Source of the DNA: an uncultured Spirochaetota bacterium
Lineage (GTDB): Bacteria > Spirochaetota > Spirochaetia > SZUA-6 > Fen-1364
Direction of reading: 5' to 3'
Assembly (NCBI GenBank): GCA_963734545.1
Contig: CAVTHO010000007.1
Location: 896,001-960,000 of the forward strand
Length of the DNA: 64,000 nt
Made by a program: the position numbers and the translations under genes
Shown here: in pieces, positions 53,504 to 64,000 of the stretch
Numbering within the stretch: position 1 is the stretch's first letter
Layout of the letters: every line of letters begins with the position of its first letter
Notes under the pieces: model-generated
What the model was told of the DNA's origin: nothing
Seen by the model: the letters and a program-made list of their open reading frames with translations, nothing else
Database searches by the model: none

Positions 53504-54348
53504 ACTTTCACCACCTCATTCCACAGCTTGCCGATCAGAGCATCCTCGGTCTGGATCGTCTTCTGATTCGCGTCGTAGGCCCGGTTCACTTCGATCATCT
53601 CGACCATTTCCTGGACCGCGTTGACGTTGGCCCCTTCGAGAAATCCCTGCCGCACCTTGGGCCGCGTGTCGGGACCCATGATCTCCGCGGGACCTGATTC
53701 ATCGGTGGCGCGCCAGTAGGAGTTGCCCTGCTTTTCCAGGTAGCGCCTCCGCGAGACGTCCACGATCTTCAGCCTGTCCACCTTCTCGATGTTCTCCCAC
53801 TGGTTTTCCGCCTGGCTCACGAGGCGCTTGTCATCCGTAGCGAACGTCGAGTTCTGCCAGACGGTTCCATCCTGATCGATCACGAAGTTGTTTTTCTTCA
53901 GCTTGATGGGGCCGTTCTCGCCGAGCACGAAGTCGCCGGTCTTGGAGACCAGGTAGCCGTCGCTGTTGACCAGGAACGCCCCGTTGCGCGTGAGCCGCTC
54001 CCCCTGGGGTGTCTGCACGGTCATGAAGCCGCTTCCCTCGATGGCAAGGTCGAAGTCGTTCTCCGTCTGCTTCAGCGTACCCTGGGTGAAATTGGTATAG
54101 ACCTCGTTGGTCTCCACGCCAGTTCCCAGGGTCCCCACGATAGGCGCCGTGTCCACGGAGCCGAACGGGAATTTGTACATCCCATCGTCGTTCATGCGGC
54201 GCATGAGCATCTCGGGAAACGCCTTCTGGATGGCGGTGTCCTTCTTGTAGCCGTTGAGGTCGACATTCGCCAGGTTGTTGGCGATCTCGTCCAGGCGGTT
54301 CTGCTGAACGTTCATGCCGCTGGCGGCGGTAAATAGCCCTCGAACCAC
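53500..54348 (-). CDS. flgF: Flagellar basal-body rod protein FlgF/FlhO
   Basis: GLFTAASGM, ANNLANV, TRNGAF, QGFLEGANVN, NRAYDANQK. Confidence 0.85.
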   Translation of the reverse strand: MVRGLFTAASGMNVQQNRLDEIANNLANVDLNGYKKDTAIQKAFPEMLMRRMNDDGMYKFPFGSVDTAPIVGTLGTGVETNEVYTNFTQGTLKQTENDFDLAIEGSGFMTVQTPQGERLTRNGAFLVNSDGYLVSKTGDFVLGENGPIKLKKNNFVIDQDGTVWQNSTFATDDKRLVSQAENQWENIEKVDRLKIVDVSRRRYLEKQGNSYWRATDESGPAEIMGPDTRPKVRQGFLEGANVNAVQEMVEMIEVNRAYDANQKTIQTEDALIGKLWNEVVKV

Positions 54349-54384
54349 GGGTGCCTCCGTTCTGCTGATGCTCTGCTTCTTTCA

Positions 54385-54411
54385 TTATCGGAAGGGATCT
54401 ACCATCCTTGA
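54385..54411 (-). promoter_or_regulatory. sigma28-type promoter for the rod/P-ring operon
   Basis: Minus strand TCAA-N15-TCCGATAA. Confidence 0.6.
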
Positions 54412-54446
54412 CCACGGATCAAAACCTCCGAGCCCGCCAATTCCGC

Positions 54447-54498
54447 CCTTCCGCGGTAGAGGAGTACCCGTTCGGCGGGTACGCCGTGCCCCGCGGAG
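54447..54498. repeat. Extended hairpin related to the REP-like family
   Basis: CCTTCCGCGGTA...GTACCCG-TTCGG-CGGGTAC...CCGCGGAG; outer arms match the 47.5 kb element. Confidence 0.5.
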
Positions 54499-54539
54499 CA
54501 GAGCGGCCGGGAGCGGAAACTCCGCCAGGAGCGGAAGGG

Positions 54540-54568
54540 TTGCCATTTTGCCCGCTTTTATGTATCCT
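54540..54568 (+). promoter_or_regulatory. sigma70 promoter for tRNA-Thr
   Basis: TTGCCA-N17-TATCCT, 9 nt before the tRNA. Confidence 0.6.
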
Positions 54569-54577
54569 CACCCGCAC

Positions 54578-54650
54578 GCCAAGATAGCTCAGCTGGTAGA
54601 GCAGCGCATTCGTAATGCGCAGGTCCTGGGTTCGAGTCCCAGTCTTGGCT
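54578..54650 (+). tRNA. tRNA-Thr (CGT)
   Basis: GCCAAGATAGCTCAGCTGGTAGAGC..GCGCA-TTCGTAA-TGCGC..GGTTCGAGTCC..TCTTGGCT. Confidence 0.95.
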
Positions 54651-54728
54651 GTTACTCCCCGTCAGACACCGTTCGCCCCGATAAAAAAAACTCTCGACAC
54701 TGAAACCCCCTCCATGTTAGTGTACGGC

Positions 54729-55127
54729 ATGCTCCGAAAGATCCTCAGCACGCGGGGAGTCATCCCCGTCATCATGTGCTTCCAGGTCGTACCCCTGCTC
54801 GTATTTCCGCTCTCGTCGTACACGGTCAAGTCGCAGGAATGGTGGTTGCCGGTTCTTCTCACCCTGCTCGTCCTCATCTCACTCGTCCAGATTCTGATTC
54901 GCAAATCGCAGGCTCTGTGGCCGTGGTATCTCGTCTCCTTCGCGCAGGGGGTCAACATCATCAGCAGGCTGATGATGCTGCTGCCGCATGCGACGAAGAA
55001 CAACGAAGGCGTCCAGGATTTCAACCCGGAATACGTGATCATCGCCATAGCGGCGATGATCCTTTCCGCATTCGAGATCTGGTACAACGATCTGCCGGAA
55101 GTGCGCAGAAACCTGCTGTCCGCATAG
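54729..55127 (+). CDS. Hypothetical 4-TM membrane protein
   Basis: Intact hydrophobic ORF; no recognised motif. Confidence 0.6.
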   Translation: MLRKILSTRGVIPVIMCFQVVPLLVFPLSSYTVKSQEWWLPVLLTLLVLISLVQILIRKSQALWPWYLVSFAQGVNIISRLMMLLPHATKNNEGVQDFNPEYVIIAIAAMILSAFEIWYNDLPEVRRNLLSA

Positions 55128-55157
55128 GGGAATTGCCCGAATGACGGCAGGCGTGTA

Positions 55158-55185
55158 TTGACAATTATTCGGCCGGGTGTATAGT
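55158..55185 (+). promoter_or_regulatory. sigma70 promoter for the liv operon
   Basis: TTGACA-N16-TATAGT. Confidence 0.55.
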
Positions 55186-55365
55186 TTTGCATCGTTTCCC
55201 CGGGCCGGAAAGCTGACCTCACGAATCCCCGGGCGGAGTGTCCGACAAGGAGGTGCCGCTGTCATCGAAGGACGGGTGATGTTCAAGAGGGGCCCGACAA
55301 GCCATCCGTTTGGTTTGAGCTGGATATAAGAACGCTCTCAGAACAACTTGATGAAGGAGGTTAGA

Positions 55366-56520
55366 ATGAAGCGTTTTCTGTCACTTACTGCGCTCGTGCT
55401 GGTGCTGATGATCGCTGTCATCGGCTGCCAGCAGGCACCCAAGGAACTGAAGGTCGCCGTACTGGCGCCCCTGTCGGGCCCGGTGCCGACGTTCGGTGTT
55501 TCGACGCGCGACGGCGCGCTGCTCGCCATAGATGAATGGAACGCCAAGGGCGGCGTTCTCGGCATGAAGATCACGACGATCGTCGAGGACAGCCAGTGCA
55601 CCCCGGACCCCGCGGTCAATGCGGCCAACAAGGTCATCAACCAGGACAAGGTGCACTACATCATCGGTGAGGTGTGCTCGAAGGCGTCCATCCCCATCTC
55701 CGAGATCGCCAATGCGGCCAAGGTGATCCAGATGAGCCCGACCTCCACCAACACCTCGGTGACGGTGGACAAGAATGGCGCCACGAAGGCGTACATCTTC
55801 AGGGCCTGCTTCATCGATCCGTTCCAGGGCAAGGTCGGTGCGACCTTCGCCTTCAACAACCTGAAGGCCAAGAAGGCATTCGTCATGTCTGACCAGAGCA
55901 ACGACTACGTGAAGGGCCTCGCCGAAGCCTTCGAAGCCACCTTCACCGAGCTCGGCGGCACAGATCGTGGGCAAGGAGAACTACACGGGAACGGACACCG
56001 ACTTCTCCGCCATCCTCGCCAAGGTGAAGAACGCCAAGCCCGACATCGTGTACCTGCCTGACTACTACAACGTCGTCAACCTCGCCACCAAGCAGGCCAA
56101 GGAAAAGGGCATCATCGCCCCGTTCATGGGCGGTGATGGTTGGGATTCCGCGGACCTCGACACCAAGGCCAGCGACGGCGGGTACTACACCAACCACTAT
56201 TCCGCTGACGATCAGCGCCCCGAGGTTCAGAATTTCCTCAAGGCCTACGGCGCCAAGTACAAGGACGACTTCGGGCAAGGCCATGGTTCCCGACGCCCTG
56301 GCGGCCCTCGCGTACGACGCCACGAACCTGCTCCTGACCGCGGTGAAGAACGCCGGCGGCGACAACACCGACAAGGTGAAGGCCGCCCTCGAGGGCATCT
56401 CCTTCAACGCGGTGTCCGGCAAGATCACCTATCGACGCCCAGCACAACCCTGTGAAGGGCGCGGTCATCCTGCACGTCAAGGGCGGAAAGGTCATATTCG
56501 ACTCGTTCGTCTCGCCCTGA
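55366..56520 (+). CDS. Branched-chain amino acid ABC transporter substrate-binding lipoprotein, LivJ/LivK family (frameshifted)
   Basis: Lipobox VIGC, APLSG, IGEVCS, SPTSTN, FRACFIDPFQG, GGDGWDS, LAYDA. Confidence 0.9.
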
Positions 56521-56545
56521 CCTTACTGATTGATGCACATGTGAT

Positions 56546-56578
56546 GAGAGGGCAGCCTTCGGGTTGCCCTCTCTCTTT
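56546..56578 (+). terminator. Intergenic hairpin after the binding-protein gene (partial terminator or mRNA stabiliser)
   Basis: GAGAGGGCAGCC-TTCG-GGTTGCCCTCTC followed by TCTTT. Confidence 0.65.
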
Positions 56579-56607
56579 CAACCGAATCATGCAAGACCGG
56601 AGCGCAC

Positions 56608-57741
56608 ATGCCCGATAAGAGCAACATCACTGCGGCCGCAGTCGCTGCCCCGCGCAAGAATCGGTACCCCCTCGCCTGGGTGGGCAACGGGTTCCTCATC
56701 ATCCTGTCGGTTCTGGCCGCCTATATCCTCGTCAGCAACCTGATCAGGAACCCGATCGTATTTCTCCAGAACATCCTGGATGGGCTGAAGCTCGGGTTCG
56801 TCTACGCTCTCATCGCCCTCGGCTACACGATGGTCTACGGGATCGTCAAGCTGATCAACTTCGCCCACGGCGACATCTTCATGGTGGGCGCGTTCACCAG
56901 CTTCTTCGCGGTCAGCCAGTTCAACCTGCACAAGTGGCCGCAGATGCTGATCCCCGCGCTTCCCGGCCGGCCTTTCCATCGTCATCGGGTCTCTCACCGT
57001 CATCCTTCTCTCGATGGTCGTCTGCATCCTGCTGGCGGTCACGATCGAGCGGGTCGCCTACAAGCCGCTGCGCGACGCTCCCCGAATCGCCGCCTTGATC
57101 ACCGCCATCGGCGTGTCATTTTTCCTCGAGTTCTTCGGGGCGCTGCAATTCGTCTTCTCTCCCCGTTTCATCCCCTACAAGAGCCCCTTCGACACGACGG
57201 CATGGTACATCCAGTCCGGTATCCACCCCATCGTGTCGGGACAGGCATCTCCGGACAACACCATTTCCTTCTCCAATATCTTCCTCATCATCCTCGTGGC
57301 CTCGGTGCTCGTGCAGATCTTCCTCCAGTTCCTCGTCCGCCGGACCAAGATCGGCATCGCCATGCGGGCAACCTCGTTCGACAAGCCCACCGCCCGGCTC
57401 ATGGGCATCAACGTGGACCGGGTGATTTCGTTCACGTTCGCCATCGGCTCGCGGATTTCGCCGGTCTTGGCGGGGTGCTGTACGCCATCGCCTATGCGTC
57501 GATCTGGACCCAGCTCGGCATCCTCCCCGGCCTGAAAGCGTTCGTGGCCGCGGTCCTTGGCGGGATTGGCAGTCTCCCGGGCGCGTTCGTCGGCGCCCTG
57601 ATCATGGGACAGGCGGAATCCCTGACCATGAGCTACATCTCCACCCCGATGCGTGACGCGGTCGCATTCACCATCCTCATCATCGTGCTGCTGGTAAAGC
57701 CCACGGGCATCTTCGGCGAGCCCGCCGGCGAGAAGGCGTAG
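56608..57741 (+). CDS. livH: BCAA ABC transporter permease (frameshifted)
   Basis: YALIALGYTMVYGIVKLINFAHGD, GIAMRA, LKAFVAAVLGGIGS. Confidence 0.9.
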   Translation: MPDKSNITAAAVAAPRKNRYPLAWVGNGFLIILSVLAAYILVSNLIRNPIVFLQNILDGLKLGFVYALIALGYTMVYGIVKLINFAHGDIFMVGAFTSFFAVSQFNLHKWPQMLIPALPGRPFHRHRVSHRHPSLDGRLHPAGGHDRAGRLQAAARRSPNRRLDHRHRRVIFPRVLRGAAIRLLSPFHPLQEPLRHDGMVHPVRYPPHRVGTGISGQHHFLLQYLPHHPRGLGARADLPPVPRPPDQDRHRHAGNLVRQAHRPAHGHQRGPGDFVHVRHRLADFAGLGGVLYAIAYASIWTQLGILPGLKAFVAAVLGGIGSLPGAFVGALIMGQAESLTMSYISTPMRDAVAFTILIIVLLVKPTGIFGEPAGEKA

Positions 57742-57750
57742 GGGGCGATC

Positions 57751-59121
57751 ATGGAGCTCGGTTACCTGTTTTCGACGATCCTGAAGATGGCCGCCCTGAT
57801 CGCCTGGATCTACGGCTTGATGTGGGGCTTGAAGCACAAGCTTCTCTGGCAGAAGGCGCTCACCGTCATCCTCGCCTTCGGGGTCATCCAGGCGGCATTT
57901 CTCATCCATTTCGGGGAGTTCGCAGCTTTTCTCGGCTTTCGACCAGGGGCTGCTCTTCCAGGCCGTCACCATGGCCATGGTGGCACTCGGTCTGAACCTC
58001 ATCTACGGATTCAACGGCCAGTTCAGCCTCGCGCAGTGGGGCTTCTACGGCATCGGAGCCTATTGCGCCGCTGACATCACCTACCGGTGGGCGAACGGTG
58101 ACCCCAGCGGGCTGCTTGTCGTGGGCATCGGTGTGATTCTTGCCGCAATTGCCCTGGTCGGCGTCGGCCGCCTTCTGCGGCTCAAGCGCGGCATTCCCGT
58201 GCTCTCGGCATTCACGTTCTACCTTGTGGCAATCAGTGGCGGCAGGGCTTGTTGCAGTGCTCGCCGGCAGGGCGCTTGCCCCCGCGCTCCTTCCCCTGTT
58301 CGGCACAACCGGAGCCCCCGGCGTCCTCGCCTCACCCTTCGTCCAGCAGATCGTGTTCTTCCTCTCGGTATTGATCGCGGGCGCTTTCGCGGCGGAGGTG
58401 AGCTTCCTCTTCGGCCTGCCCGTGCTCACACTGGGAAGCGACTACTTCGGCATCGCCACCCTGGGCTTTGCCATCGTGGTGCAGACCCTTATGGTGAACT
58501 CCGACACGATCCTGCCCTTCCCCGAGATGAAGGGCGGGCGCGGCATGATCGGGATCCCGAAGATGACCTCGTGGATCGCGGCTTTCGCCTTCCTGATGCT
58601 CGTCATCGTCATCGTGCGCAACTTCGTCCGCTCCAGCACGGGCCGTGCCACCATGTCCGTGCGGGAGGACGAAACGGCCGCCAAGGCCATGGGCATCGAC
58701 GTCGCGGGGTCAAAGCTGCTCGTCTTCGTGGTGGGGAGCTTCGTCGCGGGCATCGGCGGCGGCGTGTACGCCCACTACATCGGGTTCCTCAGCCCGGCCA
58801 CCTTCAGCTTCATCGCCGGTTTCAACCCGCTCATCATCGTGGTCTTCGGCGGGCTGGGAAGCATGACCGGATCGATTGCCGCCTCCTTCGTCTGGATCTT
58901 CTTCCTGGAGGGGTTCCTGCGTGTCCTCTTGAGCCAGATGGGAACGGATGCGCCGACGTGGCGATTCGTCCTCTATCCCATCACCCTCCTGCTCCTCATG
59001 CTGATCCGGCCCCAGGGGCTGCTGGGCTCCGTCGAGTGGGGATTTCTCAAGCCCGACGCGATCATCCGCCGGCTGAAGGGCAACGGCGGCGGCGGCCGTG
59101 GAACAGAAGGAGCAGGCCTGA
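57751..59121 (+). CDS. livM: BCAA ABC transporter permease (frameshifted)
   Basis: GLNLIYGFNGQFSL, DYFGIATLGF, VREDETAAKAMG, VFGGLGS, RPQGLLG. Confidence 0.88.
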
Positions 59122-59122
59122 C

Positions 59123-59912
59123 ATGGCAGAACGTCAACACAACGCGTCCCCTGCTCGACATCCACGATCTGACCAAGTTCTTCGGCGGCCTGTGCGCGGT
59201 CAAGAACTTCAGCCTCGCGCTGCCCCAGGGCGTCCTGTGGGGCCTCATCGGGCCCAACGGAGCGGGCAAGACCACGGTGTTCAACCTGTCACGGCCTGAT
59301 CCAGCTGTCCTCCGGGGAGATCACGTTCGGGGAAGAGCGGATCGACGGCCTGGAGCCGTACGAGATCACGCGGCTCGGCATCGCCCGCACGTTCCAGAAC
59401 ATCCGGTTGTTCTCCAACCTCTCGGTGCTGGACAACGTGCGCATCGCCTACCACCCCCACGCGGGCTACGGGCTCTCGGACAGCCTCCTGCGCACGAAGA
59501 ACTTCGTCACAAAGGAGAACGAGCTCACCGAGCAGGCCCTGGAGTTCCTGTCCATCTTCAAGCTGGAAGGCATTGCCGGGGAGATCGCAAAGAACCTCCC
59601 CTACGGGGAACAGCGACGCGTGGAGATTGCCCGCGCGCTGGCGTGCAAGCCGCAGTCTCCTTCTCCTCGACGAGCCTGCCGCGGGAATGAACCCGCGGGA
59701 AATCATGGAGCTCATGGACCTGATCCATTTCATCCGGGACAGGTTCAAGCTCACGATCCTCCTCATCGAGCACCAGATGCGCGTGGTCATGAGCATCTGC
59801 GAATGGATCACCGTGATGGACTTCGGCGAGGTGATCGCCCGCGGGACGCCGAAGGAGATCCAGGGCAACCAGACGGTCATCGAGGCGTACCTCGGCAAAG
59901 GAGTGGCAAGCA

Positions 59913-59926
<14 letters not shown>
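59123..59926 (+). CDS. livG: BCAA ABC transporter ATPase (frameshifted)
   Basis: GPNGAGKTT, LPYGEQRRVEIARALA, LLLDEPAAGMN, IEHQM, EAYLG. Confidence 0.9.
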
Positions 59927-60618
<692 letters not shown>

Positions 60619-60640
60619 GGACTCGGAAGCGCGGCTGTTC

Positions 60641-61301
60641 CTATTTTTCCTGGTGCTTGCGCCGCGAGTTCACGAACCGGGCGAAATCGTTGATGTTCTT
60701 CACGACGATCCGGTCCGGATGCAGCTCGATGCGGCGCTGGGCGACGAAGTGGTTGAGCACTTCCCGGCACTGCCCGGGCGGGATGCCGGCCCAATGCGAC
60801 ATGTCGTCCACGGTGGTCTTGAAATCGATGGAATCGCCCGCTGAGGTGATCCATGGACTGGTTTTCCGCGAGCATGAGGAACACGTCGGCGACCTTGGCC
60901 TCCACGTCGTCCAGGGTGAGGATCAGGAATCGTCCGCTTCTGGTCGTAGATCCTCTTGATGAACAGCTTCAGGAGCTTCAGCGCGATCTGCGGGTTGCCC
61001 ATCATGAGCACCTCGAAGTTCTCGCGGTTGAACTCCAGCGCCTTCACGTCGTCCAGCGCGATGGTCGTGGCGGAGCGCGGCGCCTCTTCCAGGATGGCCA
61101 TCTCGCCGAAGACCTCCCCGGGGTAGAGGATGTCGATGTTCTTTTCCAGGTCCCCGATGATGCGCACGATCTGCACCCTTCCGGCCTGGATGAGGTAGAA
61201 GGTGTCCCCCGGCTCGTACTCGCAGAAGATGATGTCGCCCTTGCGGAAGGTGACTTGGAGAAACGGTTGAACATGGAGAGATCAGGGCCGGCCGGGCTCA
61301 C
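60641..61301 (-). CDS. Crp/Fnr-like cyclic-nucleotide-binding protein (frameshifted)
   Basis: FGEMAILEEAPRSAT, then a helical C-terminal segment. Confidence 0.78.
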
Positions 61302-62346
61302 GCCTTCTCTCCCTCCAGGGCCCGCAGCGCTTTCTTCACCTTGCGGACAACCGGGTCGTCTTCCGTTCCCATGCTGATGATCTTCTTGAACAGGCCGCCG
61401 CGCCTTGGCCTTGTCCCCCTTCTCCTCGTAGGAGCGGCCGACGAAGAAGAGCGCATCCTTCATCTCGGGATGCTTGGGGAACTTCTGCACGATTGCCGAG
61501 AACGACTCTGATGCAGTTGTCGTACTGCTTGAGGTAGAACAGGCACTTGGCCATCTCGAACTCCGCCTTGGAGGAGTACTCGGGATCCGCCCCGCCGTCC
61601 AGGATCTTCTTGAACGCCTTGTATGCCTCCATGTACTTCTCCTGGCTCACGAGACTGACCGCGTTGTAGTACGCCTGGGCAAGGTCGGGCAGCTCTCCCG
61701 CGGCGGAAGGAGCCTGCGCGGCCGCCGCGGGCTGGGCAGCGGCTGCCGGCCGGCGGCGGCGCCGAGGCGTGGGACGCCGCCGGGCCGGCGCGCCCGAGCC
61801 GTACCGGGACACGAACTCCTCTGCCTGCATGATCTTGTTGGTGACATCCGCCGCGTAGGCACCCGACGGGATAGTACACGAGGTAGCGCTTGTAGGCGTG
61901 CAGCGCCTGGCCGATAGCGCTTGTTCTTCAGGTAGTACTCGCCGATCTTGTACAGACCCGGTCTCGGGGTTGACCTGCTCGTCGCTCACCATGAGGTTCT
62001 GGACCTGCCGGTGGATGCGGCGGAGCTGGTTGGAGAACACCTTGAGCATTTTCGTGATGATGCGCGTGTTCTTGGAGGCGACCTGCTCGAACTCGGGGAC
62101 GGAGAAGACCATGACGGCGGCATCCTGCAGGACGATCGCCGTCTCCTCCCGCATGTAGCGGCCCAGCGCGGATTTCACGCCGAAGAACTCGCCCATCTTG
62201 ATCAGGTCCCGCACTTCCTGGCCCGTCTCGATGTCGACGTAGCTCAGGCTCACCTTGCCGGAGTTGAGCAGGAAGATCCTGTCGCTCTGGTCGCCCTTGA
62301 AGTAGATGATCGAGTTGGCCCTGTACTGTACAGCCTTGGGAGACAC
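61298..62346 (-). CDS. cNMP-binding domain plus TPR-repeat protein (frameshifted)
   Basis: IYFKGD, GEFFGVKSALG, REETA; TPR-like YYNAVSL..YMEAYKAF, AEFEMAKCLF, ALFFVGRSY. Confidence 0.75.
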
Positions 62347-62370
62347 TTCCCGTTCGCTCCTGCGTGAAAG

Positions 62371-63610
62371 CTAGGTGTCCAGGGGAATGAAGTCAAGGAC
62401 CTTGCGAAACCCGACGGCCTTTCGCACCCGCTCCATGAGCGCCGCGGGGTCGCCCTTGACCAGCATCTTCCTGCCACGCACGGTCACCTTCGAGTACTGG
62501 GCGCCGCGCCCCGCGAACAGCTCCTCATGCGCTCGCACCGCCGAAGATGGGAGTCCCCTCCTGCACCAGGAGCTCGATGTCCTCCACCCCCGCGGCGACG
62601 AGCGATTCCCAGGGATCGTCCTGCCGCTGGCGCACCACCAGTATGTCGGCGAGCCTGCCCTCCGCCAGGCGTGCCGGTTTCCTTCTGGATGCGGAAGGCC
62701 CGGGCCGGATTGACGGTGACCATGTTCACGATCGTCTTGGCGGCAAGATCCTCGCCGTACATCGTGCGGTAGATGTCCCGGGCAAACCGCATCTCCTCCA
62801 GGAGGTTCACGGATCCGGTGGCGGTGGAATCGGTGCCGATGGCCACGTTGATTCCCGCCTCCAGCATCTTCTTCACCTTGCAGGTGACGTTGAACATGAA
62901 GACGTTGGAGGCGGGGCACCACGCCACGTGCGCGCCCGGCGCGCGGACCTTCTGGATGTCCTCGTCCGAGAATCCGATGCAGTGGATCAGCACCGTATGG
63001 TCGTCGAGGCAGCCCAGCTCCTCCAGGATCTCGATGCCCCTCTGGGTCTCCTCGTCGAATCCCTCCTCCAGGTGCGTGATGAAGGGAAAGTTGTTCTTGA
63101 TCGCGCGCGCGTGCTCTATCTCGAATCCCGTCCCCCCACTTCAGATCGAAGGAGGAGCATTCGTGCGCGAGGGTGTAGTTGCTGATGACGCCGCATGGGC
63201 AGCCGGGGGATGAAAGGCTCGTTCCATTCGTGCGGGAAATGATCGTTGGCCGTGACGACGCCGGAGAAGAGGTTCTTGTACGCGCTGAGGAAGTACCGCT
63301 CCTCCACGCTCGTCTTGGCGCGCTCCACCTTGACGACGTCGGAGTTCTTCAGGTCCTTGTCCCAGTAGGACCAGTTGATGTAGTACTCTCCCGGCGGGGG
63401 CCCCACCTTGGGGAGGTAGTTGCCATTGAAATGGTCATGGACGTTGATGAGCGCAGGGAATGCAGCGAAACCCGTCGCCGAATCTCAGGTCGAATTTGCT
63501 TCTCCCCCCAGGCGGCCCAGTTTCTTCTGGTCGACCTGGATGCTGCTGCCGGGCGTGGCGGAGTCCGGCGTGACGACGGTGAGACCGCTCAGCGAGTAGG
63601 TGGTGAGCAT
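62371..63610 (-). CDS. Amidohydrolase-family metalloenzyme (frameshifted)
   Basis: PALINVHDH, THLEEG, LIHC, WCPASN, AIGTDS, TVNPA. Confidence 0.8.
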
Positions 63611-63637
63611 GCATCTTCCTTCGTCAAACCCTCTGCT

Positions 63638-63666
63638 ATTGTAGATTTGGCATACCCTCATGTCAA
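63638..63666 (-). promoter_or_regulatory. sigma70 promoter for the amidohydrolase-cNMP operon
   Basis: Minus strand TTGACA-N17-TACAAT. Confidence 0.7.
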
Positions 63667-63695
63667 GTTGTCGCGGGACGCCGTTCGACGACGCA

Positions 63696-64000
63696 TCATC
63701 CCTGGATGAAGGCCTCGAGCTCGCTCGACACGCGCAGCTGCTTCAGCTTCACCAGCGCGCGCTCCTGGATCTGGCGGACGCGCTCCCGGGTGATGCCGAG
63801 GATCTTCCCCGTCTCCTCCAGCGTGAACGGTCCTTCGCCGTCGAGCCCGAAGCGCAGCTTGATGATGCGCATCTCCCTCTCGCTGAGCTTGTCCAGGACC
63901 ATGGCGAGCGTGTCCTGGAGGGCCAGGGCGAACGCCGATTCGAAGGGTTTCTCGGATGCGTCGTCCCGGATGAGGTCCGCCAGCCGGGTCGGGTTTTCTC
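63696..64000 (-). CDS. sigma70-family factor, C-terminal region 4 (starts beyond the window)
   Basis: LSEREMRIIKLRFGL, TLEETGKILGITRERVRQIQ. Confidence 0.85.
   Translation of the reverse strand, partial: ENPTRLADLIRDDASEKPFESAFALALQDTLAMVLDKLSEREMRIIKLRFGLDGEGPFTLEETGKILGITRERVRQIQERALVKLKQLRVSSELEAFIQG

Noticed and set aside
54430-54540. Structured intergenic region as SRP RNA, 6S RNA or riboswitch
   Set aside because: No SRP domain IV or known aptamer signature recognised; outer arms match the local repeat family.
54578-55127. Genomic island at tRNA-Thr
   Set aside because: No duplicated tRNA end, integrase or composition shift noticed downstream.

Overview
High-GC bacterial chromosome segment, most likely from a free-living Spirochaetia: two FlaA sheath genes, flhO-flgG-flgA-flgI-flgJ without flgH, and several spirochaete-type conserved genes. 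It carries accBCDA, an ilvD-ilvBN-leuA-cimA operon, a group 3b-type [NiFe] hydrogenase operon with hypFCDE, livJHMGF, fba, lipA, apt, tsaD, three tRNAs (Glu-CTC, Gln-CTG, Thr-CGT), signalling genes (PilZ-like, 7TM-MCP, PAS-HD-GYP, HATPase-HDOD, cNMP proteins) and a small accessory region (~21.2-24.7 kb) next to tRNA-Glu. Many genes are split by single-base indels in patches. These look like long-read consensus errors, so ends of split genes are approximate. Best leads: (1) a triple-CheW, Pro-rich linker, TM, LysM protein that could tether chemoreceptor arrays to peptidoglycan; (2) an RpoS-like sigma gene with a near-consensus sigma54 promoter in Borrelia-like synteny; (3) a Leu/Ile/Val leader-peptide attenuator before ilv-leu-cim; (4) a serine-palmitoyltransferase-like gene; (5) a GTAG REP-like palindrome family, one member tandemly expanded in frame inside flgA; (6) a tRNA-Glu att-like repeat bounding a remnant with a decayed cimA fragment. 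All calls come from reading motifs by eye; no database search was run.
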